Assembly: GCA_965227295.1 (NCBI GenBank)
Contig: OZ245742.1
Coordinates: 2,720,001-2,784,000 of the forward strand
Direction of reading: 5' to 3'
DNA from: Leptonemataceae bacterium
Lineage (GTDB): Bacteria > Spirochaetota > Leptospiria > Leptospirales > Leptonemataceae
DNA: 64,000 nt
Below the pieces are notes generated by a model. The model saw nothing but the letters and a program-made list of their open reading frames with translations, had not been told where the DNA came from and did no database searches. Position numbers and translations under genes: made by a program. Below are positions 50,964-61,098 of the stretch, piece after piece; position 1 is the stretch's first letter; each line of letters opens with the position of its first letter.

Positions 50964-51083
50964 TCGGCGCATAGATGGCTTGAACAATCCACCGGGCCGT
51001 GGTTCTCTGGTGAAAAGTGTTAAACCATGTCCGCCGGGGCATCGTCCAATAGCGTGCAATTTCCGGCGGAGAGAACCACGGCC

Positions 51084-51782
51084 ATGTCAAAGCAAATCAC
51101 CAATCGTTTCATCTTTCTTCTATTAATAAGCTTCTTTGTTTCCGGCGCGCTGAGCGGGTTAACCGCGGCCGGCCACGCCCTGATCGTGGGAGTGAAGGGC
51201 AGCGCGAAAGTTGAACAGTCAGGCAAGACGAAAGCGGCGCGCAAGGACATGCTGGTGAAAACCGGTGCCGTGGTGCGCACGGCGAAGAAGGCCTTCGTAA
51301 TGATTCAACTTTCGAAGACGCTCATCGTGCGGGTGGGCGAAAGTACCGTGGTAACGCTCTCGGAATTAAAAGAGGGCGGCAACGGTCAGCTCACGCTTTC
51401 GAAGGGCAGCGTCGGTGCAAAGGTCGACTCGTCCACGAAACACAAATTCTCGGTCGCCACGCCCACGGCGACAGCCTCCGTGCGCGGCACGGAGTTCATC
51501 GTTGAAACGCCGGAGGAGAATCCGGAAGAAGAAGCCACGGTCCTGGTAAACGAAGGCGAGGTGGCCGTGGAAGACGAGGCGGGCAACAGCGCCGCCGTCG
51601 GTGAAGGCAGCAAGGCCGAGGTGAGCGCCGAGGGCCTCAAGACTTCGATTATGGAAGAATTCGAAAAACAAAAGTTCGAAATCTTTGCGGAATTCGAGAA
51701 ATTAAAGAAACTAAACTACGAAGCCTTCGTAGAGCAGTTACGCCGCAACGAAGAGCTGCGGGAACAAATGCGCAATCGCTGA
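51084..51782 (+). CDS. Secreted FecR-domain protein
   Basis: 'TPTATASVRGTEF', 'VNEGEVAV'; signal peptide. Confidence 0.85.
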   Translation: MSKQITNRFIFLLLISFFVSGALSGLTAAGHALIVGVKGSAKVEQSGKTKAARKDMLVKTGAVVRTAKKAFVMIQLSKTLIVRVGESTVVTLSELKEGGNGQLTLSKGSVGAKVDSSTKHKFSVATPTATASVRGTEFIVETPEENPEEEATVLVNEGEVAVEDEAGNSAAVGEGSKAEVSAEGLKTSIMEEFEKQKFEIFAEFEKLKKLNYEAFVEQLRRNEELREQMRNR

Positions 51783-51917
51783 CATGCGAACGCACGGACC
51801 CATGCGCGAAATGAAACCGCGAGTCAATGCGTTGCAACCGTTGGTCAACGGTTTGCGCGGCCTGTACTCGTAAAAACTGTTGATGCTCTCTGTGTGAATG
51901 TTAACGTCGGTCGCACT

Positions 51918-52553
51918 ATGGGATGGCACATCGGCGTAATCGAAAACGAAGAACTCTATCGCGAACGAATTCACAACATACTCAATATTGGGGATCAGAT
52001 TGAGTCAGTAATGTTCTGGAATTCCGCGGAGGAATTCTGGAAAGAAAACTCACCGGAGAAGGATCGCCTCGATCTACTCTACGTGGACATCATGTTGCCC
52101 AACATGAGCGGCACTGATCTGGTGGAACTCATTTCAAAGGAACACCCCGATCTCAAGACGGTGGTGCTTTCGAAAGTCGCCACGGACGAGGTCGTACTCA
52201 AGGCCTTGAAGGGCGGCGCCCTGGGTTACGTGCTCAAGACCGAGCTGGAAGATCTCAACCAGACCACGGAAATCATGATGAGGGGCGGCGCCATCATTTC
52301 GCCGACGATCGCTTATCACGTCCTGCGTACCTTTCGCACGCCGCGCAATACCGAAGACGATTCCGATCTTACCAAACGTGAGCGCCAGGTCCTGGAACTC
52401 TTGAGCCAGGGCTACTCACCGAAGAAGGCGGCCGACCTGTTGGAACTCAAAGAGAGCACCCTGCGGACTCATGTCCGGCACATCTACAAAAAGCTGAACG
52501 TGCGCACGCAATTGCAAATGGTCCGCAAGGCCAGTGAGCTGGGCATCATATAA
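51918..52553 (+). CDS. NarL/LuxR-family response regulator
   Basis: 'VDIMLPNMSG', 'LTKRERQVL', 'THVRHIYKKLNV'. Confidence 0.93.
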   Translation: MGWHIGVIENEELYRERIHNILNIGDQIESVMFWNSAEEFWKENSPEKDRLDLLYVDIMLPNMSGTDLVELISKEHPDLKTVVLSKVATDEVVLKALKGGALGYVLKTELEDLNQTTEIMMRGGAIISPTIAYHVLRTFRTPRNTEDDSDLTKRERQVLELLSQGYSPKKAADLLELKESTLRTHVRHIYKKLNVRTQLQMVRKASELGII

Positions 52554-52614
52554 CAGAGCAGGCGCACGCATTGCCGGGTGCGCGGCGCGAACCTGGCAAT
52601 GGCGCACCCGGGAT

Positions 52615-53439
52615 TCAACATCCCGGCCGTGATCCTGCCGATGCCGGCGACGGCAGCCAGCGCTCGAAGCGTTGCTGTAGTTCTTCCGCATCGTCCACGA
52701 GCAGCTGTCGTTGCAACGTTTCCCGCGCGGGCATCGGCTCCGCTCGCAGCCAGCGCCTGAGGAAGCGGCCCAGTTCCCGTTCGTGCCACAAAAAGAAGAC
52801 CATGTATCCGGACAGCGCCGTCGCGTACGGCCCTTCGAGATCGGCGTGCAACGGTTGCGTACTTTCGCGCGAGCGGCGCATGAGTTCCGGGCGTACGGCC
52901 TGGATGCGTTCCGGCAGCGCCGTGCGAATCGGCGCGGCGCAATCGAAGCGCGCGGATGCCGGTAGCTGTAGGCCCGCAAAGTCTTCGAGAAACAAGGCGA
53001 GTCCTTCGTGCAACCAGTACGGTGATCCGGGCCGCAGGTCTTCGAGCAGGACATGCACCCATTCGTGACGCCAGTCAGCCGGAGTTGCGTCGGCGGGGAG
53101 GTGCAGCTCGCGATGACGGGAATCGTAACGCGCGAGGGACTCCGGTCCCGGCGGCGCGTAGCGCGCGTAGTCCGCGGCGTCGGTATAAAGGATGATGCGA
53201 ACCGGAGCCGGTACATCGTGCCGGCCGGCACGGAGCGCGCGAAAGATGCGCTCAATGGAATCCCGTGTGCGTACGGCCCGGGGGGCGACGGACGGATCGA
53301 GGCCGGGACGCGCGGCGATGGTAATGCCGGGAGCGGGCTGTGAAACTACGGGAAAGCCGCTGCGATCCGGAGAACCCCGGCAGGTCACCAGGGCGAGGAC
53401 GACAAGGATCGATGCGAAGATCGGCGAGCGGATCGACAC
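52615..53439 (-). CDS. Lipoprotein with peptidase MA-like (gluzincin) motif; start uncertain
   Basis: Lipobox-like 'LALVTC'; 'HEWVH' followed by 'WLHEGLA'. Confidence 0.65.
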   Translation of the reverse strand: MSIRSPIFASILVVLALVTCRGSPDRSGFPVVSQPAPGITIAARPGLDPSVAPRAVRTRDSIERIFRALRAGRHDVPAPVRIILYTDAADYARYAPPGPESLARYDSRHRELHLPADATPADWRHEWVHVLLEDLRPGSPYWLHEGLALFLEDFAGLQLPASARFDCAAPIRTALPERIQAVRPELMRRSRESTQPLHADLEGPYATALSGYMVFFLWHERELGRFLRRWLRAEPMPARETLQRQLLVDDAEELQQRFERWLPSPASAGSRPGC

Positions 53440-53467
53440 CGCGAAGATGCGCCCCCGCGACCGGCGC

Positions 53468-53797
53468 TCAGTCTTCTTCGGTTTTGAGCTCAATGTCCGC
53501 AATCTTTTGCATTTCGACGAGTTCGAGAATGGCGTTGACCTTGCGTTCGACATTGAGCAGGCGGAGACGGGTGGTGTTGCCTTCGTCGATGAACCGGCGA
53601 TGGATGTTCACGAACTCGGTGATACCCAGGGAGTTGAGGTATTCGACGTGTTCGAGGTCGATGTCGACGTACTCGAATTCGCCCCGGAAGTAATTGCCCT
53701 CCTGGAGGGCCCGCAGGATATGATTCTCCCCGTCGATCCTGGGGTGCGTCACTTCAACGTAAAGATTGCGACCGCGTTTTTCTATTCGAACCGGCAT
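53468..53797 (-). CDS. STAS-domain anti-sigma-factor antagonist
   Basis: 'IDLEHVEYLNSLGI'. Confidence 0.8.
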   Translation of the reverse strand: MPVRIEKRGRNLYVEVTHPRIDGENHILRALQEGNYFRGEFEYVDIDLEHVEYLNSLGITEFVNIHRRFIDEGNTTRLRLLNVERKVNAILELVEMQKIADIELKTEED

Positions 53798-53886
53798 TCC
53801 GTTGATCAGTCAATCAGCTCTATACAGGGCACAGCCCCGGCTTAATTATACAAGAGAAAAGCGGTTTTCGACCGCACAAATTCTTA

Positions 53887-54987
53887 GTGACACAATTCAT
53901 CCGGAAACTCACTGCATTTTGCGCCCGTCGCCCGGAAATTCCGCTGACGATCGTCGCCGGCGTCTTCTATGCGGTAAGTCTCCGCCATCTTCCGTCGTTC
54001 TGGATCGTACTGCTCACGCTTCCAGTAATGATTCTCAACTATTTGCTGCTGTACCTGGGGCGGCGTTTCCTCCGGGCGCGCCTTGCTCGCGGGGAACTGC
54101 GGATGGGCCTCGAGCTCTTGCTCGCCGCCGTCGCACTGCTCGGCCTGCATCTGACCGACTTTGTGAAAGACGATCTGCTCGCGGCCTGGCTTTCCGCGGC
54201 CGCCCTGCTCTGGCTGCTCGCCCTGGCCCGCTTCGGCCGGCCGGGCCCGTTCTACACGGTATTCATCGGCATAATGCTCTTTACCCTGGGAGTATTTTCC
54301 CAGCGCTTCGTTTTCCTCGAGGAACGCCTGGCGGCCGTCGCCGCTCGTTACGTCGCGGAGTACCAGGCGCGGGCGGAGCGGGAGAACGCGTATCGCTGGG
54401 AAGAAGGCAACGACGGCCTCCGCGAACTCTATGTCCGCGGCCGGCGGGTCATTCGCATCGTGGTTCCCGAGAACCTGCACTTTCATGACGGCCGCACCAG
54501 CGCCGATCCTTACGACGTGCCGCGTCCCGGGCTGCCGGTGTTTTATCTGTCCGGCAGTCCCACGGATCCCTTCGCCGCCCCGGCCGTGGGCGTGTACTTT
54601 CTCGACGCGGAACATCCGCCGGGCATGCTCACGCGGCCCCTGGAGTCCGGCGGCGATCTGCACCCGGCGCAGTTTACGCCGCTCTTTCGCGAGGCCTTCG
54701 GTCGCCGACGTAATTCCGGCGAGGTGGATGAGATTCCCGAACCGGAGCGGCTGAAACTCCCGGCGGACCTGCTCACGGGCAGCTTCGTTCCGGATTACGG
54801 CGTCGCCTATCGTTACTATGATCGCATCTACGAGCAGGACTTTCGGCTCAGTTTATTTCTCTCGGCCCCGCTCCCGCCCGACGGCCTGCGTTTCGCGGTG
54901 ATCCTCGAAGAGCAGCAGCCCCAGGGCTTACCCTTTACCTGGCCCATTGCCGCGGCGTTGCGGTCGTTGCGATTTACGGTGGAGTAG
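53887..54987 (+). CDS. Membrane protein with a soluble C-terminal domain
   Basis: About five N-terminal TMs. Confidence 0.7.
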   Translation: MTQFIRKLTAFCARRPEIPLTIVAGVFYAVSLRHLPSFWIVLLTLPVMILNYLLLYLGRRFLRARLARGELRMGLELLLAAVALLGLHLTDFVKDDLLAAWLSAAALLWLLALARFGRPGPFYTVFIGIMLFTLGVFSQRFVFLEERLAAVAARYVAEYQARAERENAYRWEEGNDGLRELYVRGRRVIRIVVPENLHFHDGRTSADPYDVPRPGLPVFYLSGSPTDPFAAPAVGVYFLDAEHPPGMLTRPLESGGDLHPAQFTPLFREAFGRRRNSGEVDEIPEPERLKLPADLLTGSFVPDYGVAYRYYDRIYEQDFRLSLFLSAPLPPDGLRFAVILEEQQPQGLPFTWPIAAALRSLRFTVE

Positions 54988-54990
54988 GGC

Positions 54991-55048
54991 GCGAAGGCGC
55001 ACTCGCTCCGCCCCGCGGATAGAGCGGGGCTCCGGAGTGCGCCTTCGC
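54991..55048. repeat. GC-rich palindrome (REP-like or bidirectional terminator)
   Basis: GCGAAGGCGCACTC (54991-55004)/GAGTGCGCCTTCGC (55035-55048); inner GCCCCGC/GCGGGGC. Confidence 0.75.
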
Positions 55049-55066
55049 TTGATGGATTTCCCGAGT

Positions 55067-55700
55067 TAAAAATCTTAATGTACACTGGCCGCCACTTACT
55101 TAACGATCCGGGGCGTGGTGGAACAATCAAAGAGTTCCCGGTATTTCAAGAGCTGCAGTTCGTAGCGTTTGCCGCGAGACACAGAAGGTAAGTTGCGGAA
55201 TGGTTCAGGGGTTGATTTGGCTACAACTGAGCGGGAGTTGTGGATTTTCGTTGTGTTAAGGCAGTCCGCCTCGACCCGGACGTCGGTTTGCGGCTCAGCT
55301 ATCGTAACGTTTCTTACGGCGAAGACGCCGTTCCGGTGCGCGCCCCACATATCCCCGGCATGACCTCCGACCGTGAGCTGGAACCAGCCGTGACCATAAA
55401 AGTGTAAATCCAAACTGGCCGCCATGTACACCACGATTCGGGGCGTGCTCGAATGCATAAAAAGTTCCCGGTAGTCCAGGAGCTTTGGTTCGCGGTGTTT
55501 GCCGTGAGACACATAAGGTAAGTTGCGCCATGGTTAGGGGTTTGATTTGGCTACGGCTCTTCGGAGTTGTGGAGTTTCGTGTTGTTAAGATTGTCCGCCT
55601 CGACCCGGACGTCGGTTTGCGACTCAGCGATCGCGAATGCGCACCCGCGCCGGCGTCCCACACCATTTCTTACGAAGAAGACGCCGTTCCGGGGCCGCGC
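55067..55700. repeat. Tandem array B of the same ~330-bp repeat family (partial + full + partial unit)
   Basis: GGGGCGTG at 55110/55440; TCGACCCGG at 55271/55600; GAAGACGCCGTTCCGG at 55321/55677; collinear with 6270-7235. Confidence 0.95.
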
Positions 55701-55707
55701 ATTCGAG

Positions 55708-56796
55708 TTAGTCTCTGACCGGCAAAGATAAAAACGACAGCGGCTCCACGGGCACGCGGCGAATGTATACGGCGATGTGCAGATGCGCGCCGGTAACGGC
55801 GCCGGTGGCCCCGGCCAGGCCGATCTTCTCGCCGGCATCGACCACGGCGCTTTCTTTTACCAGGATCTCGCTCTGGTGCATGTACATGCTGATGACGCCC
55901 TGGCCGTGGTCGAGGACCGTGAACTTGCCCTCGTAATAAAACGGCTCGGCGATGAACACGCGGCCGCGGGCGAGGGCGTGGATCGGTGCGCCCCGGACCG
56001 CCCGCAGGTCGAGACCGCCGTGCACGCTCTTCTTCGGTTTCAGGTAGACCCGCTTGCCGTTCTTTACGGTGTAGCGTTGTTTGATGCGCGTCGCCCAGAA
56101 CGGCGAGGTGATCTTATGCAGATCGCGCGGGTGTGAGAGTTCGTCGGCGATGTTCGCGTCGGTTACCAGAGCGAAGGCGCGGTTCTTTTTCGCGCGGCCC
56201 TCGCGGATCATCCGGAGCTGTTCCTGCGTCGGTCCCTTCGATTGGTCCGAAAACTTGCCCAGGTTCATGGCGGACTTAAAGACCGGAAACTTCGTGTCGG
56301 CGATTTGGACGGAATGTTTGCCCGTGTGAATCTTCGGCGGAATGCCCGCGGTGACCTGGATCTGATGCGCGCCGATCTTTTCGTACGGTGAGATGCCGAT
56401 GAAACCGCGGTAACCCCAGGCGTGTTTGCTGAGCGGTACGTTTTTGTTCTGAAAACGAAGATGCGCCTGGAATTCGTCGGCCGCGGCGTTCCCCGCCGGC
56501 AGGACCTCGACGTAGACGGCCCGGCCCTGGGCGAACTCCTGGGCGTAGAGATCCAGGACGTAGCCCGGCGACGAAAACGATCGTTTCTGCGCCGTGACCG
56601 GTCGATAGCCGTCCGGCAGGGCGATGCGTCCCGCCCCGCGATCGTGCCAGCGTCGTACGCCGCTCTCAATCTTTGTCTCCGTGGCCTCGCCTTTGCTCTG
56701 GGCCTCGCCGCTGGCGGGGGCCAGACACAGGCCGAAAACGGCTGCCAGAGCCGTGATCTGGAGCAGGAATCTGGTGGATTTTGCGAACCCTTCCAT
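55708..56796 (-). CDS. M23-family metallopeptidase
   Basis: 'HGGLD', 'LDHGQG..SMYMHQS', 'TGAHLH'. Confidence 0.9.
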   Translation of the reverse strand: MEGFAKSTRFLLQITALAAVFGLCLAPASGEAQSKGEATETKIESGVRRWHDRGAGRIALPDGYRPVTAQKRSFSSPGYVLDLYAQEFAQGRAVYVEVLPAGNAAADEFQAHLRFQNKNVPLSKHAWGYRGFIGISPYEKIGAHQIQVTAGIPPKIHTGKHSVQIADTKFPVFKSAMNLGKFSDQSKGPTQEQLRMIREGRAKKNRAFALVTDANIADELSHPRDLHKITSPFWATRIKQRYTVKNGKRVYLKPKKSVHGGLDLRAVRGAPIHALARGRVFIAEPFYYEGKFTVLDHGQGVISMYMHQSEILVKESAVVDAGEKIGLAGATGAVTGAHLHIAVYIRRVPVEPLSFLSLPVRD

Positions 56797-56915
56797 TATT
56801 ATGAGCCTCAAAAGAAAAGATCGGCCCGTTCCGGGACGATATTCATAGAAATACCGGTGAATCGCCGCCGCCGTTCCGAAGCGCGCGCGCACCGGTGCGC
56901 ACAGGGTATTAGACG

Positions 56916-58457
56916 ATGAGTCTTCACAAGCATTTTCGAAAAAGTACGCCTGGCCTGGCCTGCCTGCTGGGTGCCGCGCTGACGGTGAGCCCGTTGCACG
57001 CCCAGTTCGGCGGCCTCCTGGACAGCGTCGAGGAATCCGCGAAGAAGGCCGCCGAAGATACCACGAAGAATCTCGAAGACTCTGCGAAAAAAGCGGCCGC
57101 GGACACCCGGAAGAACCTCGAAGACTCCGCGAACAAGGCCGTGGACGATGCAACATCCGGCGTTAAGAAGTCCGTAGAGGATACGCAAAAGAACTTAGAG
57201 AAGAGCGTCAAGGACGCCGAGACCAAGGCGCGGGGTCAGGTCCAGAAGGCCGTGGACGATACCGCGGGCAAAGCGGTGCGTGAGGCGAACAAGGCCGTCA
57301 ACGACGCGACGGAAAGCGTGAACGATGCAACGAAGAGCGTGAACGACGCCGCGCGAAGCATCAACGATGTTACCAAAAGCGTGAACGATGTTACCAAGAG
57401 CGTCGACGAAACGAGCAAGTCGCTCAACAAGGCCGTCGACGACGTGCGTCAGGCGCCGGCGAAAATGGTAGACGACGCCAATCAGAACTTAAACACGGAA
57501 ATCAACAAAGCCTCACGCGATGCGGTACCCGGCTCGCTTCAGTCCGGCGACAAAACGGAAAGCACCGGTCGTTCCGTCGGCAACAGCGCCGCCGTCGAGG
57601 ACAGTGCAGCCGAGAACGAAGCGGCCGCCGAAGAAATGGCCGGCTTCGAAACTCGTAACGCCGGCGGAGTGGAACTTTACGAACTCGACATCAATCACAC
57701 GCAAATCCTGTTTACGCAGGACCTGGGTCCGGAGATTAAACGCATTCGTGCTTCGCTGCGCGACGGCCTGGTCTCCCTCGATACCTACTTCGAAAGTCCC
57801 GGCCTGCCGCAAAAGCCGCAGTTCTTCTTGGTAACCGGAGACGAGGACCTCCAGGCCGTGATCAAGTCCGAGGTGCCGTCGATCTCGGCGCAGGATCTAA
57901 AGATCGCCGTCCAACTCCAGGTCTACGTCAAAGACTCGAAGTACTTCCTGGTATACAAGGCCGGGCTCGCGCGCAAGCGGCTGTATCGCCTGGTCTTCAA
58001 CGAGTACGCGGCCATGCACCTGGCCACCATGACTCCGGGCGGCGAATCGAAAAAGGTCGGCTGGTTCCACACCGGCATGGCCGCCTATCTTTCCTGGCGC
58101 ACCGAGGGCGAGGTGAGCGGTCGCAGCGAAGCCGACACGATGCGCATGTTTCAGAAGTTCTACAGCCGCCACTTTGATCCGGACCAGGCCGTTTATTTGA
58201 AGACCCTGGAAGACGCGAAGGACTGGCGCGCCGCCGTCCAGAAGGACCATCGTGCGACCTACGCTCAGGCGGCGCTGGCGTTCTCGTACTTCGTGGAGCG
58301 GACCGACGCCGCCAACGGCGTAATGCTCGTGCGCATTATGGGCACGCCGGAGCCGTTCGAAGACGCCTTCGCCCGGGCCTCGGGATTGCGCCTGGGACAG
58401 TTCGAGAAAGATCTGCGCGACGAGTTCTACACAAAAGTGCGCGAGTTAAGAAAATAA
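56916..58457 (+). CDS. Secreted protein with long amphipathic helical repeats and a degenerate peptidase-MA-like domain
   Basis: Signal peptide; repeats NLEDSAKK and VNDATKS; 'NEYAAMH...WFHTGMA'. Confidence 0.7.
   Translation: MSLHKHFRKSTPGLACLLGAALTVSPLHAQFGGLLDSVEESAKKAAEDTTKNLEDSAKKAAADTRKNLEDSANKAVDDATSGVKKSVEDTQKNLEKSVKDAETKARGQVQKAVDDTAGKAVREANKAVNDATESVNDATKSVNDAARSINDVTKSVNDVTKSVDETSKSLNKAVDDVRQAPAKMVDDANQNLNTEINKASRDAVPGSLQSGDKTESTGRSVGNSAAVEDSAAENEAAAEEMAGFETRNAGGVELYELDINHTQILFTQDLGPEIKRIRASLRDGLVSLDTYFESPGLPQKPQFFLVTGDEDLQAVIKSEVPSISAQDLKIAVQLQVYVKDSKYFLVYKAGLARKRLYRLVFNEYAAMHLATMTPGGESKKVGWFHTGMAAYLSWRTEGEVSGRSEADTMRMFQKFYSRHFDPDQAVYLKTLEDAKDWRAAVQKDHRATYAQAALAFSYFVERTDAANGVMLVRIMGTPEPFEDAFARASGLRLGQFEKDLRDEFYTKVRELRK
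57297..57422 (+). repeat. Coding 21-bp tandem repeat (about 6 x VND[AV]TKS)
   Basis: gtgaacgatgcaacgaagagc-like units. Confidence 0.85.
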
Positions 58458-58553
58458 CGACGGAGTCTCGTCCATGCGCGATCCTCCGTTTCCCCGGCGC
58501 GCAGTAACGGTCTTCTTCCGTAACCTCGTGCATCCTGTCGTTTCATAAGTTCC

Positions 58554-59315
58554 ATGCGCTCATACCTCCTGTTCGCGATCATCCTGCTCGCATCTTTAAC
58601 TTTCGGCGCCCTGATCCTTGTCTCCGTTGCGCCGTATCTTCCCGGCGCGGACGTGCCGGTGCAGTTTCGCATCTACCACTGGCAGAGCGGCGTTTTCTTT
58701 TCGTATCTGCTCGCGGCCCTGGCCGTCTTCGCCGTGTCGCGTATGCTCTTCGCGTACGGCTACGTCAGCGGTCGGGACGCATCCGGGCGGCCGTCCGCGT
58801 GGAACGGCGCGGCCACGGGCCTGGCGCTCGCCGCATTGCTCGTGTCGCTCTCCGGCTTTGAGCTGGATCGGCCGCAGCGCCTGGACTGGACGGCTCTGCG
58901 CGCCGAGACTACGCCGGGAGAGGCGGCTGCTCCGAACGCGCCGGACGCCTTCTGGTTGCCGCAGCAGGTGCGCCGCTCGGCCGTCCTGGGTCGCGAGGAA
59001 GGTCGGCCGGTCCTGTACTACGTTTACGCCGACTGGTGTCCGTCGTGTCCGGACTTCGAAAAGTTCGTGCTGGGCAGCCCGCAGATTCGGGACGAATTGC
59101 AAGAGTACATCAAAGTAAAGTTAGACGTCAGCGACTACGACCGCTGGGGCGGTTACGTCGAGAAGACCTTCCGAACGCACGGCGTCCCGGCCCTGGCCGT
59201 TCGTGATCGGAGCGGAAAGATTCTGCCGCGTTCCATTACCGGCGAACACGTTGCCATGGAGGCCGTGCGGTCGTTGCTCCGCGCCGGTCTGGAAACGGAA
59301 CCGCGCAGCAGGTAA
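58554..59315 (+). CDS. Membrane-anchored thioredoxin-family protein (DsbD C-terminal-like)
   Basis: Three TMs then 'YADWCPSC'. Confidence 0.8.
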   Translation: MRSYLLFAIILLASLTFGALILVSVAPYLPGADVPVQFRIYHWQSGVFFSYLLAALAVFAVSRMLFAYGYVSGRDASGRPSAWNGAATGLALAALLVSLSGFELDRPQRLDWTALRAETTPGEAAAPNAPDAFWLPQQVRRSAVLGREEGRPVLYYVYADWCPSCPDFEKFVLGSPQIRDELQEYIKVKLDVSDYDRWGGYVEKTFRTHGVPALAVRDRSGKILPRSITGEHVAMEAVRSLLRAGLETEPRSR

Positions 59316-59317
59316 AC

Positions 59318-59950
59318 ATGTCCGTTTTTATCTGCGGCACGGACACCGGTATCGGCAAGACCATTACGTCCGCGGCGCTGCTCGGGCGTTATCCGCGGGC
59401 CGTGTACTGGAAGCCGGTGCAAACCGGAACGCCCCCCGATGACGATCGCCGCACGGTCCTGGAACTTTCCGGGGCGGACGAATCGCGCTGTTTGCCGACG
59501 ACGTTTCGGTATCGCGAACCGCTGAGCCCGCATCGCGCGGCCGAACTGGAAGGCGCGCGCATTGAGTTGGAAGATCTTACGGCCGCGTACCGGGAGCACG
59601 CGTCCCGGTCGTTGATCGTCGAAGGGGCGGGCGGTCTGCTGGTGCCGCTCAATCGCACACATACCTGGCTCGATTTCTTAACTGCCACGGAGTTGCCGTT
59701 AGTGCTCGTGGCACGCAATTCCCTGGGTACGATCAATCATACGCTGCTCACCGTGCGTGTGTTGCGGAATGCCGGTGTGCCGATCGCGGGTTTGATCTTT
59801 TGCGGCCGGGCGCACCCCGCCGCCGACGACAACGTGCGGACGATTGCCGATTTCAGCGGAGTGCCGGTGATCGGCCGATTCGCCTGGAGCGACGGCGACG
59901 CGTTGCCGGCGGATTTGGACGCGGGCGGAATTCTGGAAGCGCTGCTGTGA
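59318..59950 (+). CDS. bioD: Dethiobiotin synthetase
   Basis: 'GTDTGIGKT', 'WKPVQTG', 'EGAGGLLVP', 'LGTINHT'. Confidence 0.95.
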   Translation: MSVFICGTDTGIGKTITSAALLGRYPRAVYWKPVQTGTPPDDDRRTVLELSGADESRCLPTTFRYREPLSPHRAAELEGARIELEDLTAAYREHASRSLIVEGAGGLLVPLNRTHTWLDFLTATELPLVLVARNSLGTINHTLLTVRVLRNAGVPIAGLIFCGRAHPAADDNVRTIADFSGVPVIGRFAWSDGDALPADLDAGGILEALL

Positions 59951-60016
59951 TTCGAACGGATCGTAAGGATCTTATCCGGCTTTCGGGCGGCCCTCGATTC
60001 CGCCGGACGGAGGCTG

Positions 60017-60300
60017 CGGCAAGCCTGAAGAGCTTCCAGAAAAAGACGGCGGGCGATCTCCCTCGGATGACGATCCGGGCAATGCGTCCGTAAGTTTTCA
60101 CGGTGAAAAACGCCTCCGCGATGCGGCAGCCATCTTCATGAAGGAACTACGCCGAAGCAATCATCGCCGCCGCGTCACTCCGGGCGCCGACAAAGGCTAC
60201 GATGCTAAAGCTTTCGTAGAAGAACTTAAGGCAATCCGGATTGTGCCGCACATCGCACAGAAGAGCCGCTCCAGCGCCGTCGATCACCGCACCGCTCGCA
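60017..60300 (+). mobile_element. IS5-family transposase remnant (frameshifted, internally deleted)
   Basis: Fragments ASLKSFQKK, DDPGNASVSFHGEKR and GADKGYDAKAFVEELKAIRIVPHIAQK..SAVDHRT. Confidence 0.7.
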
Positions 60301-60585
60301 AATGTGCAGGGTGCCGCGCAGCGCCACCGGCCCAGCCCGATCACGGACGCAACTCCGGGTTCTCCTGGAATAGATTGTAGCTGTTCGTAAGATCGGGCGA
60401 GATCAGAAACTCGAACGCGGCGAAGGGCTCGCGGGCGACATAGGGGGTTCGGGAGTCGATCTTCAATCGTTGCAGCAGTCGTTGTTCCAGCCCCGCGAAT
60501 TCCGGGGCGTCTTCGGGCGGCTCAAGACAATTCCAATTGACCGCTGCGCAGTGCCCGCAGAATTTCCGAATCCAGGAGAGGAAGG

Positions 60586-60948
60586 ATGACCTACGTAGAC
60601 GGATTTATGGCCGCGGTTCCGAACGCGAACAAGGCGAAGTTTATCGAACACTCCCGGGTGTTTACGGAAGTGATTCTGGAATGCGGGGCGCTTACGGTTG
60701 TCGACTGCTGGGGCGACGACGTTCCCGACGGTGAGGTTACGTCCATGCCCATGGCCGTGCAGAAGAAAGATGACGAAACCGTGGTCTTTTCCTGGATCAC
60801 CTGGCCTTCGAAAGCTGCGCGGGACGCCGGCATGGAGAAGATGATGGCCGACCCGCGCCTGCATCCCGAAAACAATCCCATGCCCTTCGACGGCAAACGC
60901 CTGATCTACGGCGGTTTCCAGGTCGTACAGTCCGGTGAATCCGGCTGA
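60586..60948 (+). CDS. DUF1428 (YbaA-like) protein
   Basis: 'MTYVDGF', 'CWGDDVPDG', 'VVFSWI.WPSK', 'MPFDGKRLIYGGF'; GGAGAGGAAGG RBS. Confidence 0.92.
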   Translation: MTYVDGFMAAVPNANKAKFIEHSRVFTEVILECGALTVVDCWGDDVPDGEVTSMPMAVQKKDDETVVFSWITWPSKAARDAGMEKMMADPRLHPENNPMPFDGKRLIYGGFQVVQSGESG

Positions 60949-61098
60949 CGGGCACGGTTCGTTAAAAAACGATAGCGTATTCGCGAAAATAATGTCGCCA
61001 ATTGCCGGTTCCTGGTTACATTTCTCGAAACCGATTCGATTTGAGAAGGGAAATTCGCGGGAACTTTCATTGCCTGCGGCGCCCCCGCTACCGGCGAC

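Noticed and set aside
60017..60300. IS5 remnant as mobiliser of the 326-bp repeats
   Set aside because: It is fragmentary, and the repeats lack the terminal inverted repeats a DDE transposase needs
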